Source of the DNA: a bacterium
GTDB taxonomy: Bacteria > UBA8248 > JACPRG01 > G963555815
Direction of reading: 5' to 3'
Assembly: GCA_965218795.1 (NCBI GenBank)
Contig: OZ244653.1
Location: 1,824,001-1,888,000 of the forward strand
Length of the DNA stretch: 64,000 bases
Notes under the pieces: model-generated
Database searches by the model: none
Told to the model about the DNA's origin: nothing
What the model saw: the letters and a program-made list of their open reading frames with translations, nothing else
Program-made: the position numbers and the translations under genes
In this document: positions 20,216 to 29,249 of the stretch, in pieces
How the letters are laid out: each line of letters begins with the position of its first letter
How positions within the stretch are numbered: the stretch's first letter is position 1

Positions 20216-21239
20216 TGTGTCGTCTGCCCACATCGTTTCAAGGAGACATGGGGCGAACCACGGGCCAGTCGTTCCGCGGTAGGATGAACTCGCGCTTCGG
20301 ATCGTAGTTGGCGGCGATCTCCTCGCCGATGGGAGCTTCGCGAAGGAGATCGCACACACGGTCAATCGGGGCGCGGCCGCCGAGGCTGTCGTGAGGGCGG
20401 TCCCAGTTGTAGAAATGCTGCCACTCAGCAAGCCTGTCTTCGAGCTCCGGATCCCGCAGATCGACAGTGGACCAAAACTCTTCGAGAGCGGTTCGCTGCA
20501 CACTTTCGACCTTTCCGTTGAGATGGGGTGCACGTGGCCGGATCGGCCGGAACTTGATGCTCCACTCGCGAAGGCGCTCCTGCACCCCATAGGCAAAGAA
20601 CTCCTGGCCTCGGTCTGTCTGGATGCGGTGAATAGAAAAAGGCATTTCCTCGACTACCTGTTCAAGGAAGGTCAGCGTCGAAGCGGCGGTTTTCCGCGGG
20701 AACACCCCGATCACCTGGTACCGCGAACAGTCATCGATAGCGGTGTACTGATACATGCCCGCACCGATTTTGCAGACATCCATCTGGACCCGATCGCCCG
20801 GAACCGGTCGTGAGTAACGCTTCCACCTCTTGTGAACCAGTTTCGGACGCTTCAGGCGGTTCAGGCCATGCCGACACAGACTTTGTGAATGGTGTCCACC
20901 GAGAGTCGGATGCCGAGTTGACGGCTCTTGCGCAACGAAACGATGAAATCCTCCTCGGTGGCAAAAACCAGGCGCGACGGTGAACGGTACGGGCGACGGC
21001 TACGATCCGTGAGACCCGCAACGCCCTCCGCCTGATAACGCCGCCACCACTTCCGAAGGGTCGGCCGTGAAACGTCACAGCGCCGACAGGTAAGGCCAGC
21101 GTCGCCCGTCTGCTCATACATCCTCACCCATGTGAGTCGTGCCGAGGGTGTCATAGAAGCCTCCTACACTGGTCGTGTACGCCGCTTGTGACGCCGTTTC
21201 AATCAACAAGATGTTGAAACGATGTAGGCAGACTTCACA
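20216..21239 (-). mobile_element. IS481-family element with a frameshifted transposase
   Basis: 25-bp imperfect terminal IRs TGTGTCGTCTGCCCACATCGTTTCA / TGAAACGATGTAGGCAGACTTCACA; HTH ORF 20861-21154 and DDE ORF 20238-20783 (QMDVCK, IQTDRGQEF, NGKVE) in different frames. Confidence 0.88.
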
Positions 21240-21809
21240 TGTCATTTGAACCTACTATGCAGATCATGACCGTACTTGGAACGTGAATTGCAGGAATTGA
21301 AAGCCTTGCCGCCGCCAACCGACCCGTTCGAGGTCGGCCGGCCCATCTTCCGGCGCTCCAACGGCCCGTATCGAACTATCCTCCGTTCCCCACCGACACA
21401 CCCCATTCCCACTCCACCGCATCCATGCCGGATGCCCGGCAACGGTCCCTGGCAGAGCGAAGACCCACGGCTGAAACCCGGCCGCGCGAGGTCGGGACAG
21501 GCGAACGTTGACCGTGTAATGGCCGGCCCGCCGTCGGTCACTAAGTCTGGCCGCAGGCCTCCCAAGGCCAAGCTCCAACGCCTGCCGAACCTCTTCAACA
21601 AACCCGGTCCATAGCGCCGGGCCGGACCTCCATCCGCCCGTTCGACACATACGGATGGCCGGCCGGGCGACGGCCACAGGGGCCGTCCCCCCCCGACGCG
21701 CGGCACGCCGTGAAGAGGCCGAGTCGGGCCGTGAGGGGGCGGCGGACGGATGTCCCGGGGGAGGGTGCCGCCGCCTCTTACAACCACCGGCCTATAAGGA
21801 GACGGCGCC

Positions 21810-22106
21810 ATGCACACGGTCCAGACCCATCCCGGCAACGCAAGCACCTTCCTCACCCACCTGTTCGGCCAAGGTTTCGATGACGACCGCTACGTGGTCG
21901 AGCGCTTCCGGTCCATGGCCGACGGCGACATCCGGCCCCTGCGCCCCGGAGGGCCGAGGACCAACGTGTCCCGGCAGGCGGTCCGGAAGATGCGGCCCGC
22001 GCGGGACGAGATCATCATTGCAACCGGAATCAACCTCCGAAACTCCGGGATCCAGCTGTGGGGTGATCTCGCGACCGGTTTGTTCGTGGAACGCAGGCAG
22101 CGCTGA
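21810..22106 (+). CDS. conserved small hypothetical protein, module copy 1
   Basis: AAGGAGA RBS; close homolog at 49368-49658 and a remnant at ~41346-41460. Confidence 0.7.
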   Translation: MHTVQTHPGNASTFLTHLFGQGFDDDRYVVERFRSMADGDIRPLRPGGPRTNVSRQAVRKMRPARDEIIIATGINLRNSGIQLWGDLATGLFVERRQR

Positions 22107-22177
22107 TTGGCGTTCTCTGTCTGGACATCCTGCCGGCCCGGCGCCGGCCGGGCGTCCTTCGTCCCGATTCCAGCCGC

Positions 22178-22999
22178 ATGGAGGACATGCCAGTGCCCTA
22201 TAAGGAACCCGACAAGGCCCGCGCGCATGACCGGAAACGCTACCGCAGGATCACCAAAGAGCGCCACGCCAGCGGGATGTGCCCCAAATGCGGAAAAGAG
22301 CCCCTCCCTCTCGACCGCAGTCTGTGCCATACCTGCGGCGAGAAGCGGCGCAAGGCCGACCGCGCCCGGTACGCCAGGGGCAAGGCCGCCGGCAGGCTCT
22401 ACGGCGGCGGGGATCCCAAGGACCGCCGAAGGATCGGGCGGGAGAGAAGCAGGAAGCGCTTCAGGGCATACCGAGACGCCGGCCTGTGCACGCGATGCGG
22501 CACCCTTCCTCCCGTCCAGGGCGGTACGACCTGCCAGTCTTGCCGTGACGCCCGGCAAGCGGCCGAACGGGAGCAGTATGCCGCCCGGCGGGTCGAGGGT
22601 TTCTGTGGCCGATGCGGCGGATCGGCCCTTGACCGCGCCTCCCGCTGCAGTCCCTGCGCTACTCTCGAGGCCGGGCGTAATCCACGGAAGAACGCGGCCA
22701 GCCGAAGGCGCTACTCCCAGAGGCGAGAGAAGTGGCGTTGCACTGACTGCGGCCAACCCTCGCAGGGAGCGGCTCGGTGCGTGCCGTGCGCGCACCGGTC
22801 CTGGGTGCGGTCGGGCCGGCATCGGGGCCTGCCGATCCTTCCGCCGCGGTATACCGTGATCGAGGTCGCCACGGGCGAGGACCACGGGACCTGGGACAGC
22901 TGGGAGGAGGTGGCCATGTGCCTGGCCTTCGCACGGTTGTCCCACGATCAGGTGGAGATCATCTCCGAGGCATCGTTGATGGCGTCCTTCACGGGGTAA
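22178..22999 (+). CDS. Arg-rich multi-zinc-finger protein (8 CxxC), module copy 1
   Basis: CPKC, CHTC, CTRC, CQSC, CGRC, CSPC, CTDC, CVPC; frame conserved in the homolog at 48477-49298. Confidence 0.8.
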   Translation: MEDMPVPYKEPDKARAHDRKRYRRITKERHASGMCPKCGKEPLPLDRSLCHTCGEKRRKADRARYARGKAAGRLYGGGDPKDRRRIGRERSRKRFRAYRDAGLCTRCGTLPPVQGGTTCQSCRDARQAAEREQYAARRVEGFCGRCGGSALDRASRCSPCATLEAGRNPRKNAASRRRYSQRREKWRCTDCGQPSQGAARCVPCAHRSWVRSGRHRGLPILPPRYTVIEVATGEDHGTWDSWEEVAMCLAFARLSHDQVEIISEASLMASFTG

Positions 23000-23353
23000 G
23001 ACCCCGATGCGCCGAGCCGTCCATGAGTCTCTGTGGCCATCCGCACACGTGTTGCCGGCCCGCCGCCCGCCAGCCGGGGGGACCATCACCCGCGCCCCCC
23101 GGCGCACCGTCGACCCCTGGAGAGGCCCGCACATGACCGCGCACACCCTGCCGAAGAACCCCTGCTACGCCTTCTCCCCGGCCTACGACCTCGACAACGA
23201 GCTACAGCAGATCAGAATCGTTATCCATGGAGCGGCTACATTCCCACCACCCTGGCCGCACGGTCCATGCGCGCCGAGAACGATGCACCGGACAATCAGA
23301 CCGTGCGCTGAGCCGCCCGCCTTGCTGCGCAGCCGGCCCGATGTCATCTGGCC

Positions 23354-23623
23354 TCAGCCCCGCCGCGCGAGCCTCCTCCACCACGCGATCCACACCGGAA
23401 GGCTCAAGACCATCGCGTAGTCGGCGATGACTATTGGGCCAAGCAGTCCCGCCATCGGCGACGCCGTCGACATCAGCAGCATCGACAGCCACATCCTGGG
23501 CTCCATCTCCGGTCCCGCCTCCGGCGCGAATCGGAGAGCGGCGGTCGCGACCACTCCGGCGGGCAGCCACAGAAGGGACAGCGCCCAGAACCCGTGTCGC
23601 TTGATGAGTCCCTGGTCGTCCAT
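23354..23623 (-). CDS. small hydrophobic membrane protein, possibly a remnant
   Basis: MDDQGLIKRHGFWALSLLWLPAGVVATAAL... with several hydrophobic stretches; absent from the second module copy. Confidence 0.4.
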   Translation of the reverse strand: MDDQGLIKRHGFWALSLLWLPAGVVATAALRFAPEAGPEMEPRMWLSMLLMSTASPMAGLLGPIVIADYAMVLSLPVWIAWWRRLARRG

Positions 23624-23843
23624 GCGCCTTACCTGACGGCGATTCCCGCACCCCATGTAAGCCCGAGTAGGTCCGTGTTCGACGACAGCCGGGCGGGGGC
23701 GAAGGCCGCGCACGGTCTCAGAGCGCCTTCTCGCCGTAGAGCTAGAGGGAAGCAAGAGCCGGGCGAACGCCCGGCATGGGAGAGGGAGAACGGTCTCCCG
23801 GTCCCCATGCCGGAAGCGCCAACCCGGAACAGGAGGCCAGCCC

Positions 23844-23984
23844 ATGCTCGACCGTGACTTCGAACCCGACATCCCGACCCATGACGAACTGCTCGCCGAG
23901 ATCGGCCTCGACTCGCACACCATCCGCAGGATCCTCACCGAAGCGGTCCATGCCGACACCGGCGAAGGAGAGGAGCTTTCATAG
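23844..23984 (+). CDS. 46-aa acidic protein upstream of ssb
   Basis: AGGAGG RBS; MLDRDFEPDIPTHDELLAEIGLDSHTIRRILTEAVHADTGEGEELS; homolog at 47791-47919. Confidence 0.6.
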   Translation: MLDRDFEPDIPTHDELLAEIGLDSHTIRRILTEAVHADTGEGEELS

Positions 23985-24078
23985 GGTGAACCGAAGGGGG
24001 CCGGGGAGAGAGGACCCCGGTCCCGGTCGCTCCCATCACCCGTTGTCATCCACACCCTCACACAGAAGGAGAATAATA

Positions 24079-24290
24079 ATGAGCTTCGGACTCAATCGCG
24101 CAGAACTGATCGGACGCCTGGGCGCCGACGTCACCGTCAACCATCTCACAAGCGGCGGACGCGTGGCCAACCTGTCCATCGCCACCGACGAGGGCTACAT
24201 CGACAAGCAGACCGGAGACCGGGTCGACAAGACCGAGTGGCACCGGGTCGTGACCTTCCAGCCCGGGCTGGTGGACATGTTCGAGAAACA
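24079..24290 (+). pseudogene. ssb: 5' half of a single-stranded DNA-binding protein gene interrupted by integration
   Basis: MSFGLNRAELIGRLGAD...TEWHRVVTFQPGLVDMFEKH, then an abrupt switch to AT-rich non-ssb sequence. Confidence 0.9.
24275..24290 (+). repeat. left attachment-site core
   Basis: ACATGTTCGAGAAACA versus ACATGTTCGAGAAGCA at 57434-57449. Confidence 0.85.
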
Positions 24291-24427
24291 TATTATACCA
24301 AAACAGACAAACGTACGATTGTCTTCGAATGAAACGCCTATACTATATGTATTTCAATGAATTAAAATGGATTCCTGTCTCTGATCTACCGCAATTCGTA
24401 CGTTTGCACACGCACTGGTTTCTTTTA

Positions 24428-24453
24428 TCGTGTTGACAAAAGTGTTGCCAATT
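24428..24453 (+). promoter_or_regulatory. putative integrase arm-type binding sites, left end
   Basis: TCGTGTTGACAAAAGTGTTGCCAATT, similar to TCGTGTTGCAATAGTGTTGACAATT at 57337-57361. Confidence 0.65.
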
Positions 24454-24480
24454 CTGATGCACGGTGTTATAGTCCGGGGC

Positions 24481-25698
24481 ATGAACGAGAACACCGGAAA
24501 ACGCACAGCCAGGGTCAGGACGACACTCACCAGGCGCACCGTCGAGGCGCTCAAGCCCACAGAGAAGTCCTGGATCGCCTGGGACGACAAACTGACGGGC
24601 TTCGGCGTTCGCGTCCAGCCCTCGGGCACCAAGTCGTTCATCGTCAACTACCGCGCGGGCTCCGGCGGCCGCAAGGCGCCCAACAAGCGGGTGGTGATCG
24701 GACGCTACGGCCGCATCGCTCCAGACCGGGCGCGGCGCATGGCCCAGGACCTGCTCGGACGCGTCGCCCGTGGCGAGGATCCTGCCGGAGAACGAGCCGA
24801 TGCCCGCGGCGTCCCCACCCTGGCCCGAGCCTTCAAGGTCTACATGGCGGCTAATCCCAACCGCGCAGCCAATACCGTGAGGCTCTACCAACAGAACCTG
24901 CGGGTCAACCTCTCCGACTGGCTGAAGCGTCCGCTCGACGCCATCACTCGCCAGGACGTCGAGGACCGCTTCAATCTCATTACAGGCAAACACGGCTGGT
25001 CGGCGGCCAACCAGACGCTCTCGATGCTGCGCTCGATCTACCGCAGGCCCTGCGTCGATTTCGAGGGTTTGCGCAATCCAGTCGACCTGTGGCTGGCGGC
25101 CGGGGGGCGCTTCCACAGGAAGCGGAGGCGGCGGATATCGAGCCCGGCGGAGGTGCTGCCCCGCTGGCGCGCGGGCATCGAGGCCGTGGACCTCGATCCG
25201 GAGATTCGCGACATCTTCCTGATCGGCATGTACACCGGCATGCGCCGGGGCGAGATCGTTTCGCTGCGCCGGGAGCAGGTGGACATGGAGCGGCGCATCC
25301 TCAGGGTCGAGGAGACCAAGACCGGGGAGCCGCTGGAGCTTCCGCTCACCCGGCAGCTCGCCGCTATCCTCGAGCAGTGCCTCGCGGGTGGCGAGGACCC
25401 GTGGGTGTTTCCCTCTCCCCGGAGCGGGGCCGGGCACGTGGCGGACCTTGCGCGGTTCTATGGCGAGATTTCAGAAAAAGGCGGAACCCGGTTCTGGTTC
25501 CACGGACTGCGCAACGCCTTCATCACGGTGGCGGAACGCGAACTCATGCTGCCGCGTTCGCTCACGAAGCGGCTGGTGAACCACGCCCGGCCCAGCGACG
25601 TAACCGAGGGCTATGCCGCCGACTGGAGCGTCGAGCAGCTTCGCGAACCTGCCCAACGTATCGCCGACCGCATCGATGAACTGATGAAGGGAACATGA
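24481..25698 (+). CDS. tyrosine integrase with arm-binding domain; likely integrase of the ssb-inserted element
   Basis: WDDKLTGFGVRV; YTGMRRGE, ETKTG, HGLR, LVNH, DVTEGY. Confidence 0.92.
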   Translation: MNENTGKRTARVRTTLTRRTVEALKPTEKSWIAWDDKLTGFGVRVQPSGTKSFIVNYRAGSGGRKAPNKRVVIGRYGRIAPDRARRMAQDLLGRVARGEDPAGERADARGVPTLARAFKVYMAANPNRAANTVRLYQQNLRVNLSDWLKRPLDAITRQDVEDRFNLITGKHGWSAANQTLSMLRSIYRRPCVDFEGLRNPVDLWLAAGGRFHRKRRRRISSPAEVLPRWRAGIEAVDLDPEIRDIFLIGMYTGMRRGEIVSLRREQVDMERRILRVEETKTGEPLELPLTRQLAAILEQCLAGGEDPWVFPSPRSGAGHVADLARFYGEISEKGGTRFWFHGLRNAFITVAERELMLPRSLTKRLVNHARPSDVTEGYAADWSVEQLREPAQRIADRIDELMKGT

Positions 25699-26025
25699 CG
25701 GCGCTTGAATGTTCGCGCGCGGTGCGGCAGATGTGAAATTGCCTAACTCCACGGCGAAGGGGCGCCACGTCGGGTAGTCCTGGAAAACCGTGTCGAGTCA
25801 TGTGCTTCGCTCGCAGTTACGATGCGCTTGCTGGCATTGTCAAGAGGCTGGAATGATTTCGCTATTCCAGCCCGTATCCCAGAAGGATCTGAATGACGGA
25901 TATCCCGACACTTTACCGCGCGCTTAAGTGCGAGTCGGCCATGAGAAACCATCTTCAGGGAATGCTCGATTGGATTCGATATTCATTGCTTTCGATGGAC
26001 CCAATCTGATCAATGTGATGAGGCC

Positions 26026-27198
26026 CTAGTGTACTGTCGCAGAAATTTTTTCACAAAGGCGTTTGATCTTTGCAAGGATGGAATCGGCCGTGGCCGTCCA
26101 CACAAACGGCTGGGCGTTTTCGTTCCAGTGGTCGGTGAATCGGTCAATCCGGCGGATCAGTTCTTTCACTTTGTTGAAGGAGCCCCGTCGAATCGCACGT
26201 TGCGTGATGATGTGAAACCAGATTTCCACTTGGTTGAGCCAGGAAGCATACGTCGGCGTGAAGTGGAGTTGAAACCGTGGGTGTCTTGCCAACCATTGCT
26301 TGATTTTGGCGTGCTTGTGGGTGGCGTAGTTGTCGATCACCAAATGAATGTCCAAATCCGGCGGCACCTGCTCCTCGATGTGGCGTAGAAACTGAAGAAA
26401 TTCCTGATGACGATGGCGGGGCTTACACTGCGCCATGACTTCTCCGGTCTGGATGTCCAGCGCGGCAAACAGAGTCGTTGTGCCATGGCGCCTGTAGTCG
26501 TGGGTGACCCCTTCCACATAGCCCAAGCCCAAGGGCAGCAACGGCTGCGTGCGTTCCAGAGCCTGGACCTGGCTCTTCTCGTCCACGCACAGCACCATGG
26601 CATGCTCGGGCGGATTCAGGTATAACCCCACGATGTCGCGTACTTTCTCCACGAAGAAGGGATCCGTGGAGAGTTTGAAGTGCGCTTGTCGATGGGGCTG
26701 CAACCCGAAGGCACGCCAGATGCGATGCACCGTATCTTTGGATACACCCGTCGCCTGCGCCATGGAACGCACCGTCCACTGGGTCGCCTCGTTGGGACGC
26801 TCTTTGAGTGTCTTGTATACGACCTCGGCCACTTGCTCATCCTCAATCGATCGCGGCGCTCCAGGCCGCAATTCGTCATACAGGCCGATCAGGCCGCGGT
26901 CGAGATACCGCTGGCGCCATTTTCCCACGGTGGCACGATTCACGCCAAGCGCCTCGCCAACCGCACGATTGGGCTTGCCATCGGCGGCCAACAAGACAAT
27001 CTGGGCACGGCGCACCAGCCCATGGGGTAGGCTGCGGGAATGGGCCATAGACTCCAATTGCTGTCGAGCATCATCGCTCAACTCCAAAGCTTTCAGCGGG
27101 CGTCCCCGTGGCATAGGTTCCTCCTTGAAAAAGGGGTGATCAGGAAACCTATGCACAAACATGACTTTTGCCTACTTATTCTTGAGACGAAACACTAG
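26026..27198 (-). mobile_element. IS630-family element with intact transposase (CDS ~26026-27114)
   Basis: [46 protein letters not shown]; CTAG at both ends followed by imperfect IRs. Confidence 0.92.
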
Positions 27199-29249
27199 TC
27201 CATCAAGGCTTTAAAGACGCCATCGGGGCCATCCTTGTAGAATTCGATATTGATCTTGGTCCAAAGCTCGTCGGGCAGGTCATTCAACAGCCGGCGTGCC
27301 GAGACGGGCATCAAAAGCGTCTGTGCCTGTTTGTCTATCGCAAGCTCGGCAACGCGAACGGCGTTAGAAATCGTCTCGATCGATCCGCCAAGGTTCAGTG
27401 CGCCGGCGACAATCGTCCCGCCTCGCGTGTTCCGCCCGAGAAGCGATCCGCATAGAGCGACGATGACCGGCACCCCCAACCCTTCACCGGTCTTGTCGGC
27501 GTCCATGGGGCGCATCTGTATGGTGAATTCATCCTCACGAGGGTTGCGATCGCCGACCAGCTCCTTGGCGCGAGTATAGAGGTTCTGCTCTCCGACCCGT
27601 ACGCTTTCCCGGAACGGAGGTGGGGTTGGTTGATTCAGGATCGTCACACCGCTCCCAGGTCCGCACGTTACTTCGATCCGGTAGAGGCCGGGCCCGGTTT
27701 CCGCTGAGCCGAGACTCACGCCCCAGACTTGGCCGGGGGGTAGCGGGTCGCTGTCGATCGCCTCATCGCTGTGAAGCTCAGGCGTCGCCACAAATTGCTC
27801 GACGCCATCCGGCACGAGGGTGTAGCTGAAATTTGTGTTCCTGAATTCGCTTTTGAAGACGCGTCGCTGTTGCTCCTTGACGCGCCGGCGCGCTTCGAGA
27901 GCCAACCTTATGATCGATTCAAGATCTTCATCCGAGACTGCCATCTCTGGATCAGGGAACAACAGCTTGGTCATACCGCTGACGGTCTTGTTGACTGCTT
28001 CGATGTCGCGTCCATTAAGCGCGCCGCCCAAGTGAACCCGGTTTTGCATTACTGAGACCCGGTTTCCATTGCGTAGCCGGCTCCAGCATTCGCTCAGGAA
28101 ATCGCTCACCAGACCGAAGTGATCCGTTAGATGCTTCTCGGGATTGAGTTTCGGATAATCCCACCCTGGCGCATAAGCATGTAGACGGTCCATGAAGGCT
28201 GTGTCGTCACGCATCTCGGGCGGGAGCGGGCTCAGAAGATGACCTATCCGCTGTTGCTGTTCCACGTCGACATCGAGGTTGCCGACCATCACGAGGCCAC
28301 CCTCAGCACGGATGTTTTCTTTGCCGCGGCTGAATTGCCCGGAGGCCATGTAGCCTTTCATGATGTTCACGCCGTCCTTCTGATCGAAGGATATGCCGGA
28401 AACCTCGTCGAAACAGACGATGTCGTATTGGCATACCAAGCCTCGTTGTCCGTTGGCGTTGTTCACGAACATCTTGGCGACCGTCGCCTTGCCGCCGGAA
28501 ATCAGGTGAGCGTATGGGGAAATCTGCTGGAAGAGGTGGCTTTTTCCAGTGCCGCGAGGCCCGAGCTCAACCAGATTGTAGTTCCGCTCCACAAACGGGA
28601 TCATGCGGAGCAACACGACGCGCTTGGCGCGTTCATCAAAGGCTCCTGGCTCCAACCCGATCGAACGCAGCAGAAAATCGATCCATTCCTGTGTGGTGAA
28701 GGCGCTCCGCGCCTTGACGTAGATGTCAAGGACGTCGGATTTCGACATCTGGATCGGCCGCAAAGCATCGGCCTTGAAGGGGCGACCGCTCTTTTCCTGC
28801 GCAATGATGCCATCGTAGCTCAGGGTCACCTCGGCGTAGAACCCATCGGTGAGCATGCGCTCGTTTTCGCGCACCAGATCGTCGTCTATGCGGACATCGC
28901 GAAGGTTTACGCTTGGTAATTCGGCGATGTAGCAGTCGTTCTTTGCGTCAAGCCGCGCCTTTACGATGTCGATGATCCGGACAGATCCAACTTCTCTTGC
29001 CCGGGCTTTGAAGAGCTCTTCTTCGCCGGTTCGAACCGTCCGGTCCTTCAGCTGTTGCTCGACAATCTTGAGACCTTCGGCGATCTCATCCTCGTCAACG
29101 CTTGCGCAGTAGCGTCCCAGCAAGAACTCGACCACATAGGTAGGAACCGGGTATTGGCGCGCATACCTCCTAACGAGATCCTTTCTCACCAGATACCCGT
29201 CCAAAGCGGATGCGGCGAGCTTGTCCAGATGATCGATTGCCATTGTCAT
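27195..29249 (-). CDS. brxL: BREX Lon-like AAA+ protein
   Basis: VPTYVVEFLLGRYC, ELGPRGTGKSH, CFDEVSG, DTAFMDRLH, Lon-like C-terminus; last gene of the BREX operon. Confidence 0.9.
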   Translation of the reverse strand: MTMAIDHLDKLAASALDGYLVRKDLVRRYARQYPVPTYVVEFLLGRYCASVDEDEIAEGLKIVEQQLKDRTVRTGEEELFKARAREVGSVRIIDIVKARLDAKNDCYIAELPSVNLRDVRIDDDLVRENERMLTDGFYAEVTLSYDGIIAQEKSGRPFKADALRPIQMSKSDVLDIYVKARSAFTTQEWIDFLLRSIGLEPGAFDERAKRVVLLRMIPFVERNYNLVELGPRGTGKSHLFQQISPYAHLISGGKATVAKMFVNNANGQRGLVCQYDIVCFDEVSGISFDQKDGVNIMKGYMASGQFSRGKENIRAEGGLVMVGNLDVDVEQQQRIGHLLSPLPPEMRDDTAFMDRLHAYAPGWDYPKLNPEKHLTDHFGLVSDFLSECWSRLRNGNRVSVMQNRVHLGGALNGRDIEAVNKTVSGMTKLLFPDPEMAVSDEDLESIIRLALEARRRVKEQQRRVFKSEFRNTNFSYTLVPDGVEQFVATPELHSDEAIDSDPLPPGQVWGVSLGSAETGPGLYRIEVTCGPGSGVTILNQPTPPPFRESVRVGEQNLYTRAKELVGDRNPREDEFTIQMRPMDADKTGEGLGVPVIVALCGSLLGRNTRGGTIVAGALNLGGSIETISNAVRVAELAIDKQAQTLLMPVSARRLLNDLPDELWTKINIEFYKDGPDGVFKALMD

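Noticed and set aside
20205-21246. Target-site duplication for IS481
   Set aside because: The flanks (GTCAGA versus TGTCAT) do not form an exact direct repeat.
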